Below are positions 20,501 to 29,904 of a stretch of 64,000 bases of DNA, one piece after another. Source of the DNA: Synechococcus sp. (lineage in GTDB: Bacteria; Cyanobacteriota; Cyanobacteriia; PCC-6307; Cyanobiaceae); the NCBI GenBank assembly GCA_047284725.1, contig JBJBEO010000001.1:984203-1048202 (forward strand), given 5' to 3'. How positions within the stretch are numbered: the first letter of the stretch is position 1; each line of letters begins with the position of its first letter. The translations under genes and the position numbers were made by a program. The notes under the pieces are model-generated. The model was not told the DNA's origin, searched no databases, and worked only from the letters and a program-made list of their open reading frames with translations.

Positions 20501-21169
20501 CTCGAGCTGCGCAGCAAGCAGCAGATCAGCCTCCTGGCCTTCCGGCAGCGTATCCAGCTGGAGGGCGGGATCGCCATCCAGGCTGGCCAGCACCCTGAGC
20601 AGGCCATCGGGGTGGATGCCGCGCTGTTGAAGCCCGGCCAGCACTGGTGTCGACAGGGGCAGGACGTGCTGCTGCCAGTAGTCGTGCACCAGTTGTTCAC
20701 GACGTTCATGGCCTTGGCTTTCCAGGCTCACCGCAGGCCCCAGTCCGGCTTCGAGGGCTTGGCGTTGCAGGGTGCGTCTGCAGAAGCCATGGATCGTGGT
20801 GATGTCGGCATGATCGAGCCGTTCGAGAGCCAGCAGCAAGCGGCCTTCCATGGCACGATGCATGGACGGGCTCTGGGCTGTGATCCACTCCTGCAGCGGG
20901 CGATCCATGGCGTCAGCGTTTGCTCCTTGCAGCAGGGCCAGGGCCTGTTGCAGGCGGCGGGCGATGCGATCTCTCAGTTCTGCCGCAGCCGCTTCCGTGA
21001 AGGTGACCACCAGCAGTTGGTCCACCTGCAGCGGCCTCGGCCCTTCACTCAGGAGTCGCAGCACTAGATGGGCGAGCGCGAAGGTTTTGCCAGTGCCAGC
21101 GCTGGCCTCCAGGAGACGCAGTCCCGGCTCCAGTGGGAACTGGTTCGGTTCGAAGCGGGGGTGATTCAA
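17504..21169 (-). CDS. recB: Exodeoxyribonuclease V beta subunit
   Basis: EASAGTGKT, DEFQD, GDPKQAIYRFRG, KGLEY; C-terminal nuclease GSIDLVF...DWKSN. Confidence 0.95.
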   Translation of the reverse strand: MNHPRFEPNQFPLEPGLRLLEASAGTGKTFALAHLVLRLLSEGPRPLQVDQLLVVTFTEAAAAELRDRIARRLQQALALLQGANADAMDRPLQEWITAQSPSMHRAMEGRLLLALERLDHADITTIHGFCRRTLQRQALEAGLGPAVSLESQGHERREQLVHDYWQQHVLPLSTPVLAGLQQRGIHPDGLLRVLASLDGDPALQLDTLPEGQEADLLLAAQLEDAWPRRWQRFLTLWDSSAEALEQDLAAAAAELKSLALPYSPYRLKPKPDRLQKVQGWVASLKGRTPGYDAVLTQAELQNYFHPGPFTKVAAAAHGDLVSLPQAELLRAIADLVDGPAEAVLLHFGHWGRQELTRRRERSGQMSFGQLLEQLDPGTGDGAINPLLQAVGQRYRAALIDEFQDTDPIQWRILERAFTADPPQHLLVMVGDPKQAIYRFRGGELSTYRLAASKTKHCYGLYENRRSSEPLVQALNALMRPGLGRSELPVPSVEPMADKGELALPDGQSPLQLLNLDPHQLDSQVATFCQQLLQEQWPLRSEQGSRVLEPGDLCLLVSQHSQAEALRAALERHHLPSRLVSKGDVFESLGAAALQRFLDALALPGHNGRQRLLAGSPLLGWSAADIQNAQPQDWDQLAAALSNLAERLPHQGLTTVLAQLQGSEGLARLSLRGRTLADLQQAAELVQEQMHKLGLGALQAADWLRRQRLQDHGESPEAHLCRSDAAESAIAVVTVHRSKGLEYPVVICPFLWKGSKAIKAGARQLGRRWMPSPEAQPHLDLHLNPHWGQGRQAAQQDQRSQAAEAERLAYVACTRACHLLVLGWPGEDLAEPANPLSPWLVEGGLERNLPLHRCETQVGNTFQPWQPEPPQGSLALGPTPSRPLDSRWGRASYSAWAHSQVAVPPEMREDGRDTDAINLQPGAEQTASIPDDGTTPLPEKQTSWPGLGPLAEFPRGAGPGDALHRILERIDYGSLAAGDDAQARVVVAEELPRAGLSLEWTDTLITGLCQLMHTPMGGALGACRLGDLHNGKWLNEMNFDLPLAHTQPDHLVRSSGLANVFIAHPGGLFDGDYGQQLNLLEVASRGFLTGSIDLVFCWEGKWWVADWKSNWLGQRDGQGTVQQCGPANYTQEAMVELMVSNHYPLQAHLYLVALHRYLHWRLPGYKPEEHLGGYAYVFLRGVPGALEQDHQKHETPTPGVLVDQPSLERVLALDALLREGQP

Positions 21170-24100
21170 CCCTTCACCTCCTGCCGCCGTTCCAGCAGCG
21201 GTCCATGGAGCGTGAGCGCCAAGGCCTGGCTGTCATCAGTGAGCAGATCACCCAGGGGTAGATCGGAGCCGAAACAGAGTTGCTGAACGGCGTCGCGTCG
21301 CTCCCCTGCCAGCACGGCATTGCCTTCCCAGGCGTCGCGGGCTTTGCTCCACCCCTTCCCCTGGGCCTTCGCCTCTCCTGCGGCGAAGGCCCAGCCTGTT
21401 TCCGGAGGCAGGGGCCAGCACTGCTGCTGGTACTGATCGCGCCAGGCTTGGTGCTGATCCAGCAGAGCAGTGCACTGGTCGCGGCTGGGGGGGCTGATGC
21501 GCTCGAGCATCCGGAAGCGATGACCGTCGCGACCGACCAGCACAGCGGAGCGGAGCTTGCAGCCCGCGGCAGTGGCCAGGAGTAGCTCCAGCCACAGCTG
21601 CTGACGCTGTGGGCTGCGGGGCCGGGCCGTGTGTACCAGCACCAGTTGCTCATCTCGCAACAACAGCTCCGCCTGCCATGGACCCATGCTCACGGCTTCG
21701 CGTCGCTCCTCTCCCAGGCACGACAGGCAGTTGCTGAGGCTGGTCCAGCGTTGCTCCAGCTGGTGGGCTTCCAGTGCACCAGCTGAAAGAGGGGGGAGCT
21801 GTCCCTGCCCGCGGTCGAGAGCGAGCCAGTCGGGCTCGGCATGGTCCTCCCGGTCGCGGCCCAGTTCTCGCCGCAGCAGTGCTGACCGTTGTCGCTCATC
21901 GAGGCTGAGGTCCTCCAGGTCGAGCACAGCCTTGTCGTGTTCTCGTGGCCGCAGTCCCAGTTGTTCCAACCACTGCTTTTGGGGAGCTGTGACCCAGGAG
22001 ATCAGGTCACTCCAGGCGCTGAGGGGTGAGGCCTGAGCTTCCGGTTCGGTTGTTTGAGTGATGCTGAACGCCAGGCCAGCAGTTCCCCCGATGGTCCCTG
22101 CATCGAGGTGTTGCCTTACCTGCAGCAGACGTTGATCGCAACTGGCGGGGGGCCAGGCATCAGAGGGAAGAAAATTGCTGCGCTCCAGGGCATTGGCGGC
22201 ATGCTCACGCACCGGCACCTGGGGGAGCAGGTCGATCCACTGACGCACCGGCGTGGAGGCTTCCAGCTGTTCGCCGGTGCGTTCGTCACGGCAGCTCCAG
22301 CTGACCAGCAGGTGTTGGCGAGCGGAAAGCAGGGCCTCTAGCAGCACATACCGGTCCTGGTCTCCACTGCTGGGATCTCCCAGAAGGCGTTGCTGCTCCA
22401 TCAAGTGGAATCCGGGGCGTTGGCGTTGGCGCGGGAAGGCGCCCGCATCCAGTCCCATCAGCACAACCACCTTGTGGGGAATCGCCCGCATCGGTTCCAA
22501 GGCGCTGATGGTGAGGGCACCGGAGCGATGCCCAAAACGACCACTGCCTTCACTGAGGCGTTCTGCCAGCACCTCCCCCACCACCGGTGCAGAAAGCTGC
22601 AGACTGCTGGTCCCCGCGACGTCACCCCAGTCCGTCAGTACGGAATGGATGGTCTGCACTTCCCAGGCCCAGTCACCACCGTCACCGAACAGCGCCATCA
22701 GCTGTGGGCGCAGGCCTTCCACCCAGGCCTGAACCGAGCGGTTGTGGCTGAGCCACTGAAGGCTGCGCTGCAGTTGACGCAGCAGTCCCAGCCAACGTCC
22801 CTGTTGTTCCAGGCTCCCAGGCAGGGGCATGGGGGCCGTGTCACCAAGGGCCAGACCAGGTGTCTCCGGGAACACCACTCCGAGCACCAGTCGGTCGATG
22901 ACCCAAGCCAGGCTGTGGGTGGGATCGCCGCCTCGGTCATGGCTGTCGAGTCCCCAACGGAAGCCGGCCTGTTGAAGCATCTGGGTGATGCCTTCCGCAT
23001 CCTCGGGCTCCAGTTGATGGGCGCGCAGAAGCGGGGCATTCCCCAGCATTGTTTCCAGGGCGGAGGCCGTGAGTCGCTCTCCGCCAAGGGCCAGCAGTTG
23101 CAGGAACCCCTGGCTGATTCCGGCTTCATTCTGCTGACTGCGGTCTGTGAGACGCCAGGGGAGGCGTACGCCAGTGGCGTCGTGGTCACCAAACACCGCG
23201 CCCACTAAGGGAGCAAACGCTTCCACCTGGGGTGTCATCACCAGGATTTCGCGTGGTTCCAGGCTGTCGTCGTTGGCCAGCAGTTGGAGGATCTGGTCCC
23301 GGAGCACCTGTAACTGCCGCAACCGTCCAGGGCAGGCATGAAATTGGAGCGATTGATCGTTCGCTGTTCGTGTCAGGAGATCGGTCGCTGTTCCATGAAC
23401 CAGGTGTTCCTGGAGTTGCTCCAGCAGCGTGGGCTCCTTCCCTTGTGAACTGGCAGTGGTGGCAGGGAAGAAAAATGGATCCAGAGCCCGCCAGCTGCCG
23501 AGCTGGGTCTCGCCACTGCCCTCCAGGAGTTGCTGGAATTCAGCGCCGAGTCGTCCGAACCGCGCTTCAACGCTGGGGACGGTCAGAAGCCACTCCTCAT
23601 CAAGGGGCGCCTGAGATTCAAGGCTGCTCTGCCGCTGCCAGAGGTCTGGGCAGGGGGTCAGCAGATACAGCTCGATGCTGCGCAGACAGGAGAGGGCCTG
23701 AAGCAGTTCCACCTGCACCGGCGCCAGGCTGCTGAGGCCAAACAACCGCAGAGGTGGTTGGGGGGGAAGGTCTGGACGCCATCCCTGCTGCAACCGCCGA
23801 ATCAGTTGCCGGGCTCGCATGCCGAAGGGCAGGCAGCCGAGCCGGCTGTGCAGTTGCTGCATCAGTTGCGGCTGCCACAGCATCGTTGCGGCGAGGGGCG
23901 TTCCTCGGGCATCCGTGGTTTGTCCCGTCAGCCAGGCCTCGAGCATGGCGGGCCGGTAAAGGCTGTAATCGTCGATGGCATCTGCAATGGCGCGGGCCAG
24001 TTGCCATAACGGTGGGTCGAGCACTTCAAGCGTTGCGGTCTTGCGCGTGTTCAACCAGTGCTGCAACGGGGCACTGGTTGGATGGTCCAAAAGCTCTGGT

Positions 24101-24408
24101 AACAGCTCCAAGAGGGGCCAGACCAGGTTCTGTGCTCGCCACGGGTCGGCTCCTGTCCCTGAGCTCTGCTGTTCCAGAAGCCCATCCACCATCTGCCGCA
24201 GCAGGCTTGTCGGGAAGGGAAAGCGCAGATTGGCGGTGATGCCACAAGGGTTGGCAAGCGCCAGTTGCTCCCCCAGCCATCGACTTGTGGGCCAGGTGTT
24301 CACCACCACCTGGGCCTCGTCCAAGACACCAGGTGGATGAAGGCTGAGGTTGGCGGCTAATACATCCGCCAGAACTTCAGAACGGTTGCTGCGGTAGAGG
24401 GTCAGCAA
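21166..24408 (-). CDS. recC: Exodeoxyribonuclease V gamma subunit
   Basis: MLTLYRSNRSE N-terminus; PMRAIP; DRYVLLEALLSAR; lies in an operon with recB and recD. Confidence 0.93.
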   Translation of the reverse strand: MLTLYRSNRSEVLADVLAANLSLHPPGVLDEAQVVVNTWPTSRWLGEQLALANPCGITANLRFPFPTSLLRQMVDGLLEQQSSGTGADPWRAQNLVWPLLELLPELLDHPTSAPLQHWLNTRKTATLEVLDPPLWQLARAIADAIDDYSLYRPAMLEAWLTGQTTDARGTPLAATMLWQPQLMQQLHSRLGCLPFGMRARQLIRRLQQGWRPDLPPQPPLRLFGLSSLAPVQVELLQALSCLRSIELYLLTPCPDLWQRQSSLESQAPLDEEWLLTVPSVEARFGRLGAEFQQLLEGSGETQLGSWRALDPFFFPATTASSQGKEPTLLEQLQEHLVHGTATDLLTRTANDQSLQFHACPGRLRQLQVLRDQILQLLANDDSLEPREILVMTPQVEAFAPLVGAVFGDHDATGVRLPWRLTDRSQQNEAGISQGFLQLLALGGERLTASALETMLGNAPLLRAHQLEPEDAEGITQMLQQAGFRWGLDSHDRGGDPTHSLAWVIDRLVLGVVFPETPGLALGDTAPMPLPGSLEQQGRWLGLLRQLQRSLQWLSHNRSVQAWVEGLRPQLMALFGDGGDWAWEVQTIHSVLTDWGDVAGTSSLQLSAPVVGEVLAERLSEGSGRFGHRSGALTISALEPMRAIPHKVVVLMGLDAGAFPRQRQRPGFHLMEQQRLLGDPSSGDQDRYVLLEALLSARQHLLVSWSCRDERTGEQLEASTPVRQWIDLLPQVPVREHAANALERSNFLPSDAWPPASCDQRLLQVRQHLDAGTIGGTAGLAFSITQTTEPEAQASPLSAWSDLISWVTAPQKQWLEQLGLRPREHDKAVLDLEDLSLDERQRSALLRRELGRDREDHAEPDWLALDRGQGQLPPLSAGALEAHQLEQRWTSLSNCLSCLGEERREAVSMGPWQAELLLRDEQLVLVHTARPRSPQRQQLWLELLLATAAGCKLRSAVLVGRDGHRFRMLERISPPSRDQCTALLDQHQAWRDQYQQQCWPLPPETGWAFAAGEAKAQGKGWSKARDAWEGNAVLAGERRDAVQQLCFGSDLPLGDLLTDDSQALALTLHGPLLERRQEVKG

Positions 24409-25061
24409 GGTGCGCTGCTGATCAGTGCAGGCTCCACTGCTGGGGCATTCATGGTCGGTTGGGTGATTGTTTTGGCAACAACCTTTTTGGATGCAGCTTC
24501 AGTGGGGGCAGTGTTCTGCACCTGCACCACTGCATCGGTTTCTGGGCAGTAAGCCGTCAGGCGCCCTCCGTACACGGCCCCTGTGTCGATGATCACAATC
24601 TGTCCCTGGCGCCGCACGTCAACCGCTGGGGTGTGAGCCACCACCACCTTGCCGAAACGTCCGTCATACCCCTGCCAGAAGGGCTCGCGGATCTCGAGAT
24701 TGGGCTGCCCTTGCGCGTCGAAACCGGCATGGGTCGCGACCCATCCAACTCCCTCGAACACCAGCGGCAATCCCTTCAGTCGTTCCACCCATTGTTGGAC
24801 AGCCTCGGCATCGCCAGGCCACACGCTCCGCTGCAGATCCGCTTGACGGATCAACCGCTGTTCATGGTTCCCCTGCAGCCAGGTGGCTCGACCCGAACAG
24901 ACCATGCTCCAGACCGTTTCGATCGACGCACGCACCTGAGGCCCCCGACCGACCACATCACCACAAAAAACAAGATGATCAGCGGATGGAATCAGCCCGA
25001 GAAGAACGTCAAGGGCCTGATGACAGCCATGCACATCGCCAATTACCCAGTGATGAGTCAT
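24402..25061 (-). CDS. Calcineurin-like metallophosphoesterase (PrpA/ApaH-like)
   Basis: GDVHG, GDVVGRG, GNHE, HAG, IDTG. Confidence 0.88.
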   Translation of the reverse strand: MTHHWVIGDVHGCHQALDVLLGLIPSADHLVFCGDVVGRGPQVRASIETVWSMVCSGRATWLQGNHEQRLIRQADLQRSVWPGDAEAVQQWVERLKGLPLVFEGVGWVATHAGFDAQGQPNLEIREPFWQGYDGRFGKVVVAHTPAVDVRRQGQIVIIDTGAVYGGRLTAYCPETDAVVQVQNTAPTEAASKKVVAKTITQPTMNAPAVEPALISSAPC

Positions 25062-25139
25062 CGATTCAGCAGCACACTGGCTGAATTTGCTCAGGTTTCA
25101 TTGTCGTACAAAGCATGACCGGTCACTCCCGATGCCGGA

Positions 25140-25460
25140 TCAGAACAGGCCAAGGAATTTCTTCCGCTTCGGCTCTTCGTCGGCACGTTCAACGTTCTGC
25201 TGGTAGCGAGGTTTGCTGTCTCCGACAGTGAACAGGGGGTCGTTGTTTCTGAACCAGATCCAGTCTCGGATCGGGGGCGTTTCGATGAGATCCCGCCGCT
25301 TCAGGCTGAGACCAAGCTTTGCCGATGCTCCCAGAAGGATCTCCACCATTTCGTCTCCGTTACGGCAATTGGCGAGGGCCTCGTTGGTGCGCTTGGCACC
25401 ATCAAGAGCCTTCACCAGCAAGGCGATCTGCTGAGTCACCGGCAGTTGGTTGGGCTGCAT
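25140..25460 (-). CDS. Hypothetical protein (weakly Nif11-like N-terminus)
   Basis: Clean 106-aa ORF with a helical N-terminus and a DWIWF motif. Confidence 0.6.
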   Translation of the reverse strand: MQPNQLPVTQQIALLVKALDGAKRTNEALANCRNGDEMVEILLGASAKLGLSLKRRDLIETPPIRDWIWFRNNDPLFTVGDSKPRYQQNVERADEEPKRKKFLGLF

Positions 25461-25582
25461 GCTTCCACTGGCGGATGAATCCTGTGTTAATCGATCGCAG
25501 AGCAGCTCAGCGGTCAGTCAAAGGGCGGTTGTTATCGAATGTTGCTGGAATGCCAGGCTGAGAGCAGCCTTGCAGACCCCGA

Positions 25583-25900
25583 TCAGGTTTCGGCAAGGGC
25601 GTCGCTGATGGTGCTGGTCGGGGCTTCAAACTGGCCTTCCAACACAAACTCCAGTCGCAGCTTCATGAAAGTGATGAAGGTGGAGTCGGTTGAGACGACC
25701 GCCGCAGACGGTTGGGGAATTTGTTTGGCCAGATTGGCCATTTCGGGTGCTTGGAGGAAGGCAGGACGTCGCACCAGCCAGAAGTCGATCTCCTTGCCCT
25801 CTTCGCCGTAGTGACGTCGGCGCTCCTTCAGCACTTCCTCCAGAGGCTCTTCCTCAGTGAGGAAGCGTTCGCTGGCGGCAACGAAGTGATAGGTGGTCAT
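25583..25900 (-). CDS. ycf54: Mg-protoporphyrin IX monomethyl ester cyclase accessory protein
   Basis: YHFVAASERFL, EPLEEVLKER, DFWLV, FMKLRL. Confidence 0.93.
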   Translation of the reverse strand: MTTYHFVAASERFLTEEEPLEEVLKERRRHYGEEGKEIDFWLVRRPAFLQAPEMANLAKQIPQPSAAVVSTDSTFITFMKLRLEFVLEGQFEAPTSTISDALAET

Positions 25901-26646
25901 CAGTTCTGACGTCCGAACAAGGGGTCCCGGCGTGGATTCTCTATCAGACGGCGCATCTCGCTCACCGCTTGTTGCAGTCCGACCGCCAGGGATCGAGCCA
26001 CGATCGTATGGCCGATGTTGAGTTCCTCCATCCCTTCGATGGCTGCCACGGGCTCCACGTTTTGATAGGTGAGGCCATGGCCTGCATTCACCCTGAGGCC
26101 CAAGGCGCGTGCTTGGGCTGTCGCCTCGGTGAGACGGGCGAGCTCAGCGGGTTGTTGTTCCCAGCCGCACTCGGCATAGGTGCCGGTGTGCAGTTCGACC
26201 CAGCGGGCCCCGCTGGCCTGACTGGCTTTGAGTTGGTCCGGATCAGGATCCACAAAGAGGCTGACGGGGATGCCGGCCGATTGGAGAGCCTGCACCATCA
26301 TCGTCAAGCTGGCCACTTGGCTTGCAACGTCCAAACCCCCTTCAGTGGTGACTTCTTCGCGTCGTTCGGGAACAAGGGTGACCATGTCGGGTTTGATCCG
26401 CAAGGCGATGGCCTGCATCTCCTCAGTCGCTGCCATCTCCAGGTTGAGCCGACTGCGGACGGTTTCCCTCAACAGCTCGACGTCGCGATCCTGAATGTGG
26501 CGACGGTCTTCGCGCAGATGCACCGTGATGCCATCCGCTCCGCCCAATTCCGCCAGGAGTGCCATGGGCACGGGGTCGGGCTCAACCGTTTTGCGCGCCT
26601 GCCGCACGTTGGCGATGTGGTCGATGTTGACGCCAAGGCTGGCCAC
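25900..26646 (-). CDS. pdxJ: Pyridoxine 5'-phosphate synthase
   Basis: [30 protein letters not shown]. Confidence 0.97.
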   Translation of the reverse strand: MASLGVNIDHIANVRQARKTVEPDPVPMALLAELGGADGITVHLREDRRHIQDRDVELLRETVRSRLNLEMAATEEMQAIALRIKPDMVTLVPERREEVTTEGGLDVASQVASLTMMVQALQSAGIPVSLFVDPDPDQLKASQASGARWVELHTGTYAECGWEQQPAELARLTEATAQARALGLRVNAGHGLTYQNVEPVAAIEGMEELNIGHTIVARSLAVGLQQAVSEMRRLIENPRRDPLFGRQN

Positions 26647-26777
26647 AGTGCTTTCGCTGGTTTGAGGACTCTATTCAGATTGCGTGAGTCGGCCGCAGGA
26701 CCAACTGCCCAGAGATTGGTTCAATCCAGCTCCTCCAGCCTTAACTTCTCGATGAAATGACCGAATGAGCCTTCGCG

Positions 26778-27476
26778 GTGACCTCGAGCCTGGCGACTCG
26801 CGAACAAGCTCTGGCCTCTGGGATCGACCCCTTCTTGGCACCGTTGGCCATGGTGGTGACCCAGGATTTGACCCTCAAGGGCTATTTCAGTCGGCGGATT
26901 GTCCAGGGCCTTGACCATCTCCCGAGGCAGGGACCTGTGCTGTTGGCGCCCACCCACCGGGCTCGGTGGGATGCGTTAATGCTGCCTTTCGCTGCGGGGC
27001 GTCGCATCACCGGACGTGATTGTCGTTTCATGGTGACCCGCACCGAGATGGTGGGACTGCAGGGGTGGTTCCTGCATCGATTGGGCTGCTTTGCCGTTGA
27101 CCAGGGGCGTCCATCGATGACCACCCTGCGCTTCGCCATTGATCTCTTGGCGGCAGGCGAGCAAGTGGTGGTGTTCCCTGAGGGCCGGATCAATCGCACC
27201 GACGATCCCATCCGATTGCAACAGGGGTTGGCACGGCTTGCGCAATTGGCGACACGCCAGGGGGTGCCAGTGCAGGTGGTTCCCGTTGGTCTGGCCTACA
27301 GCGAGGTGCGGCCGCGGCCTTGCGGTCGGGCTGCCGTCTGTTTTGGAGAGCCTCTCCGTGCTGATGGCCACGGTCGAGAAGCAACCCGCACGTTCAACCA
27401 ACACTTGGCTAGGCGCATGCGATCAGCTGAACAAGCGGCCCGTGAAGCGGTTGGTCGCCCCCTCCGTTCCCCCTAA
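26778..27476 (+). CDS. plsC: 1-acyl-sn-glycerol-3-phosphate acyltransferase
   Basis: HRARWD (HX4D) and VFPEG motifs. Confidence 0.85.
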   Translation: MTSSLATREQALASGIDPFLAPLAMVVTQDLTLKGYFSRRIVQGLDHLPRQGPVLLAPTHRARWDALMLPFAAGRRITGRDCRFMVTRTEMVGLQGWFLHRLGCFAVDQGRPSMTTLRFAIDLLAAGEQVVVFPEGRINRTDDPIRLQQGLARLAQLATRQGVPVQVVPVGLAYSEVRPRPCGRAAVCFGEPLRADGHGREATRTFNQHLARRMRSAEQAAREAVGRPLRSP

Positions 27477-27503
27477 AGTCCCGCCAATCTCTGTGGTGTG
27501 TTC

Positions 27504-28046
27504 ATGCGTTCCCGCCTTTCGCTGACTGCCCTGACCCTGATGGCTGGCCTGGCGGTTGCTCCTGCAGCCTCCCTGGCTCAGGTCACCAATCAGGAGTCTG
27601 GTGATGTCACCAAGGTGCTCGCTTCCGGTGGTGCCGGATTCAACACAGTTGCTGTGGAGTCTTTGTTGAAACGGGGTGATGCGGCCGCGGCGGCCGGGAA
27701 TCTGGCTGAAGCACGCAAGCATTACGACGATGCCCGTTCGGCTTCGAAGCAACTTCTGAAGTTTTATCGAGACCTCAGTGGTGCGTTCCGTGGCCTTGAT
27801 GCCCGAATCCCCCGGGAAATGGATGCCAAGGGACGCTCAGCCCTCGCCCTGCTGGCTCAGGCCAACCTCCGACTTGCGGCCCTTTTTCGCCGTCAGAACC
27901 AGCCCGAAGTGGCCGTTCCTGTGCTTGTTGAGGTGGTCCGTCTGATGACCCCATCCCAGCCGGAGGGACAGAAGGCTTACCAGAGCCTCCTTGAGCTTGG
28001 TTTTGTGGAAACCCCGTTCGCTGGTGCCAAGGCTGGCACCAACTGA
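27504..28046 (+). CDS. Conserved secreted helical (TPR-like) protein
   Basis: Signal peptide ending ASLA; helical body. Confidence 0.75.
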   Translation: MRSRLSLTALTLMAGLAVAPAASLAQVTNQESGDVTKVLASGGAGFNTVAVESLLKRGDAAAAAGNLAEARKHYDDARSASKQLLKFYRDLSGAFRGLDARIPREMDAKGRSALALLAQANLRLAALFRRQNQPEVAVPVLVEVVRLMTPSQPEGQKAYQSLLELGFVETPFAGAKAGTN

Positions 28047-28099
28047 ACCTGATGATCGACCATTGATCTGCCAGCATCCACACCAGCAACCCATTGAGC

Positions 28100-28333
28100 A
28101 TGGTTCAACCTGATGCAGTGGTGGCGGTCATCCGCCAGGCACTGCCCGACGCCACAGTTGACGTCGAAGACCTCACTGGAGGTGGTGATCATCTCCAGGT
28201 CACGGTTGTGTCGTCTGGGTTCAGTGGCTTATCCAAGATCAAGCAGCATCAGCTTGTCTACAGCGCTCTGAAGGATCAGCTCGCCAGTGAAGCCATTCAT
28301 GCCTTGGCTCTGAAGACCTCCACGCCTGCCTGA
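28100..28333 (+). CDS. bolA: BolA family protein
   Basis: GGGDHL, QHQLVY, IHALAL. Confidence 0.93.
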   Translation: MVQPDAVVAVIRQALPDATVDVEDLTGGGDHLQVTVVSSGFSGLSKIKQHQLVYSALKDQLASEAIHALALKTSTPA

Positions 28334-28362
28334 AACGACCCCATTTCTCCTGAATTAATTCG

Positions 28363-28686
28363 ATGGATAGCCAGACCAAAGCCCGCATTGAAGCGCTGAT
28401 TCAATCCAGCCCGATCTTCGTGTTCATGAAGGGCACCAAGTTGATGCCTCAGTGCGGCTTCTCTAACAACGTGGTGCAGATTCTCAATTCTCTTGGTCTG
28501 AGCTTTGAGACCTTTGACGTTCTCTCCGACATGGAGATCCGTCAGGGGATCAAGGAGTTTTCCGAGTGGCCCACCATTCCTCAGGTGTACGTCAAAGGGG
28601 AATTCATTGGTGGCTCCGACATCCTGATCGAGATGTACAACTCAGGAGAGCTCAAAGAGAAACTTGAAATCGCACTGGCTAGTTGA
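28363..28686 (+). CDS. grxD: Monothiol glutaredoxin Grx4
   Basis: CGFS active site, WPTIPQ, GGSD. Confidence 0.96.
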   Translation: MDSQTKARIEALIQSSPIFVFMKGTKLMPQCGFSNNVVQILNSLGLSFETFDVLSDMEIRQGIKEFSEWPTIPQVYVKGEFIGGSDILIEMYNSGELKEKLEIALAS

Positions 28687-28793
28687 TTGAACTGATCTCC
28701 AAGTGGATCCCAAGGACTTCTTCGGAAGTCCTTGGGAGAGCCCAGCATTGCTGAGATTCAGAGGCGTGTGCAGGGAGAGTTCATCGACACAGT

Positions 28794-29063
28794 TCATCCC
28801 AGTTCCGGTTGTCGAAACAGGGTTCTCATATCGCCATCGGGGCCAATGAAGCTGGATGGATCGAGGATCCAACGGTCGATCAATGTCTCAAGCTTCGCCA
28901 GTTCTCTTGAGTCGAGACTTTCGCTGCGGCGAAGAGCGTGAAGATAGCCATCGGCGTAAAGCCGTAATTCAGAAGGGCTGTGATATCGATGCGTCAGTTC
29001 CTGGCAGGCATCACAGAGAGACTGAAAATGTCGGATCGCCTGTGGATGTTGCAGGGATGTCAT
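28794..29063 (-). CDS. Conserved cyanobacterial hypothetical protein
   Basis: IRHFQSLCD, LRLYADGYL, DPSSF pattern recognised from cyanobacterial small proteins. Confidence 0.75.
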   Translation of the reverse strand: MTSLQHPQAIRHFQSLCDACQELTHRYHSPSELRLYADGYLHALRRSESLDSRELAKLETLIDRWILDPSSFIGPDGDMRTLFRQPELG

Positions 29064-29127
29064 GACCTGTGAGGACGGCAGCCTCCGCTACCAGTTTGCC
29101 ATTGAATTGGCCTAGCGTAGGCAAACG

Positions 29128-29904
29128 TTGGCGATTGATGTGACCTCCTCTTCCCGCGATCTCGGTTCCGCTGCTGTGGTGCAAGATCCGGCGCCAGCAT
29201 CGATTGCGCCTGGATCGCTCCCCAAGGAGCCCTCGCGGGTCTTGATTGTTGAGCCCCATCCCACCTTGCGCACGGTGTTGGTGCAACGCCTCCGGCAGGA
29301 CGGACATCTCACTGCTGCAGTCGGCTCAGCGGAGGACGCCCTGGAAGTCTGCCAGGATCAGTCCCCAGATCTGTTGGTCAGTGCAGAGCTTCTGGAACGC
29401 AGCTCAGCTTTACGACTCGCCCAGCATCTCCGTTGCCCTGTGATCGTGCTCACTGCTCGAACCGGTGCCGAGCCGGTGGTGGGGCTTCTTGATGAAGGTG
29501 CTGACGATGTGTTGCGCAAGCCTTTCGGGCTGGAGGAACTTGCCGCTCGTTGCCGCACCTTACTGAACCGCGGGCGGTCAGGACTGCAGGAACGTGTCAC
29601 GGTGGGCCCTCTGGAAGTGCATCTGCTGCTGAGACAGGTCACGCTTCGGGAGAAACCGGTGGAGCTCAGCCCAAGGGAATTCGCTCTCCTTTGTGCGTTG
29701 CTGATGCCGCCAGGAGTGGTGCGCAGCCGTCAGGATCTGCTGCGAATGGCGTGGCCACCATTCAGTGGTGGACCACGCTCTGTGGATACGCAGGTGCTCA
29801 CCTTGCGCCGCAAGCTTGAGCAGGCTGGGCTGGGTGATGGAGGTGGCATCACCACCGTGCGCCAACAGGGCTATCGCTTCAGCTTGGACCACCTGCCGGA
29901 CTAA
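29128..29904 (+). CDS. OmpR-family response regulator with atypical receiver
   Basis: Receiver fold plus winged helix (LSPREF, RSVDTQV, VRQQGYR); the acidic pocket is degenerate. Confidence 0.88.
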   Translation: MAIDVTSSSRDLGSAAVVQDPAPASIAPGSLPKEPSRVLIVEPHPTLRTVLVQRLRQDGHLTAAVGSAEDALEVCQDQSPDLLVSAELLERSSALRLAQHLRCPVIVLTARTGAEPVVGLLDEGADDVLRKPFGLEELAARCRTLLNRGRSGLQERVTVGPLEVHLLLRQVTLREKPVELSPREFALLCALLMPPGVVRSRQDLLRMAWPPFSGGPRSVDTQVLTLRRKLEQAGLGDGGGITTVRQQGYRFSLDHLPD

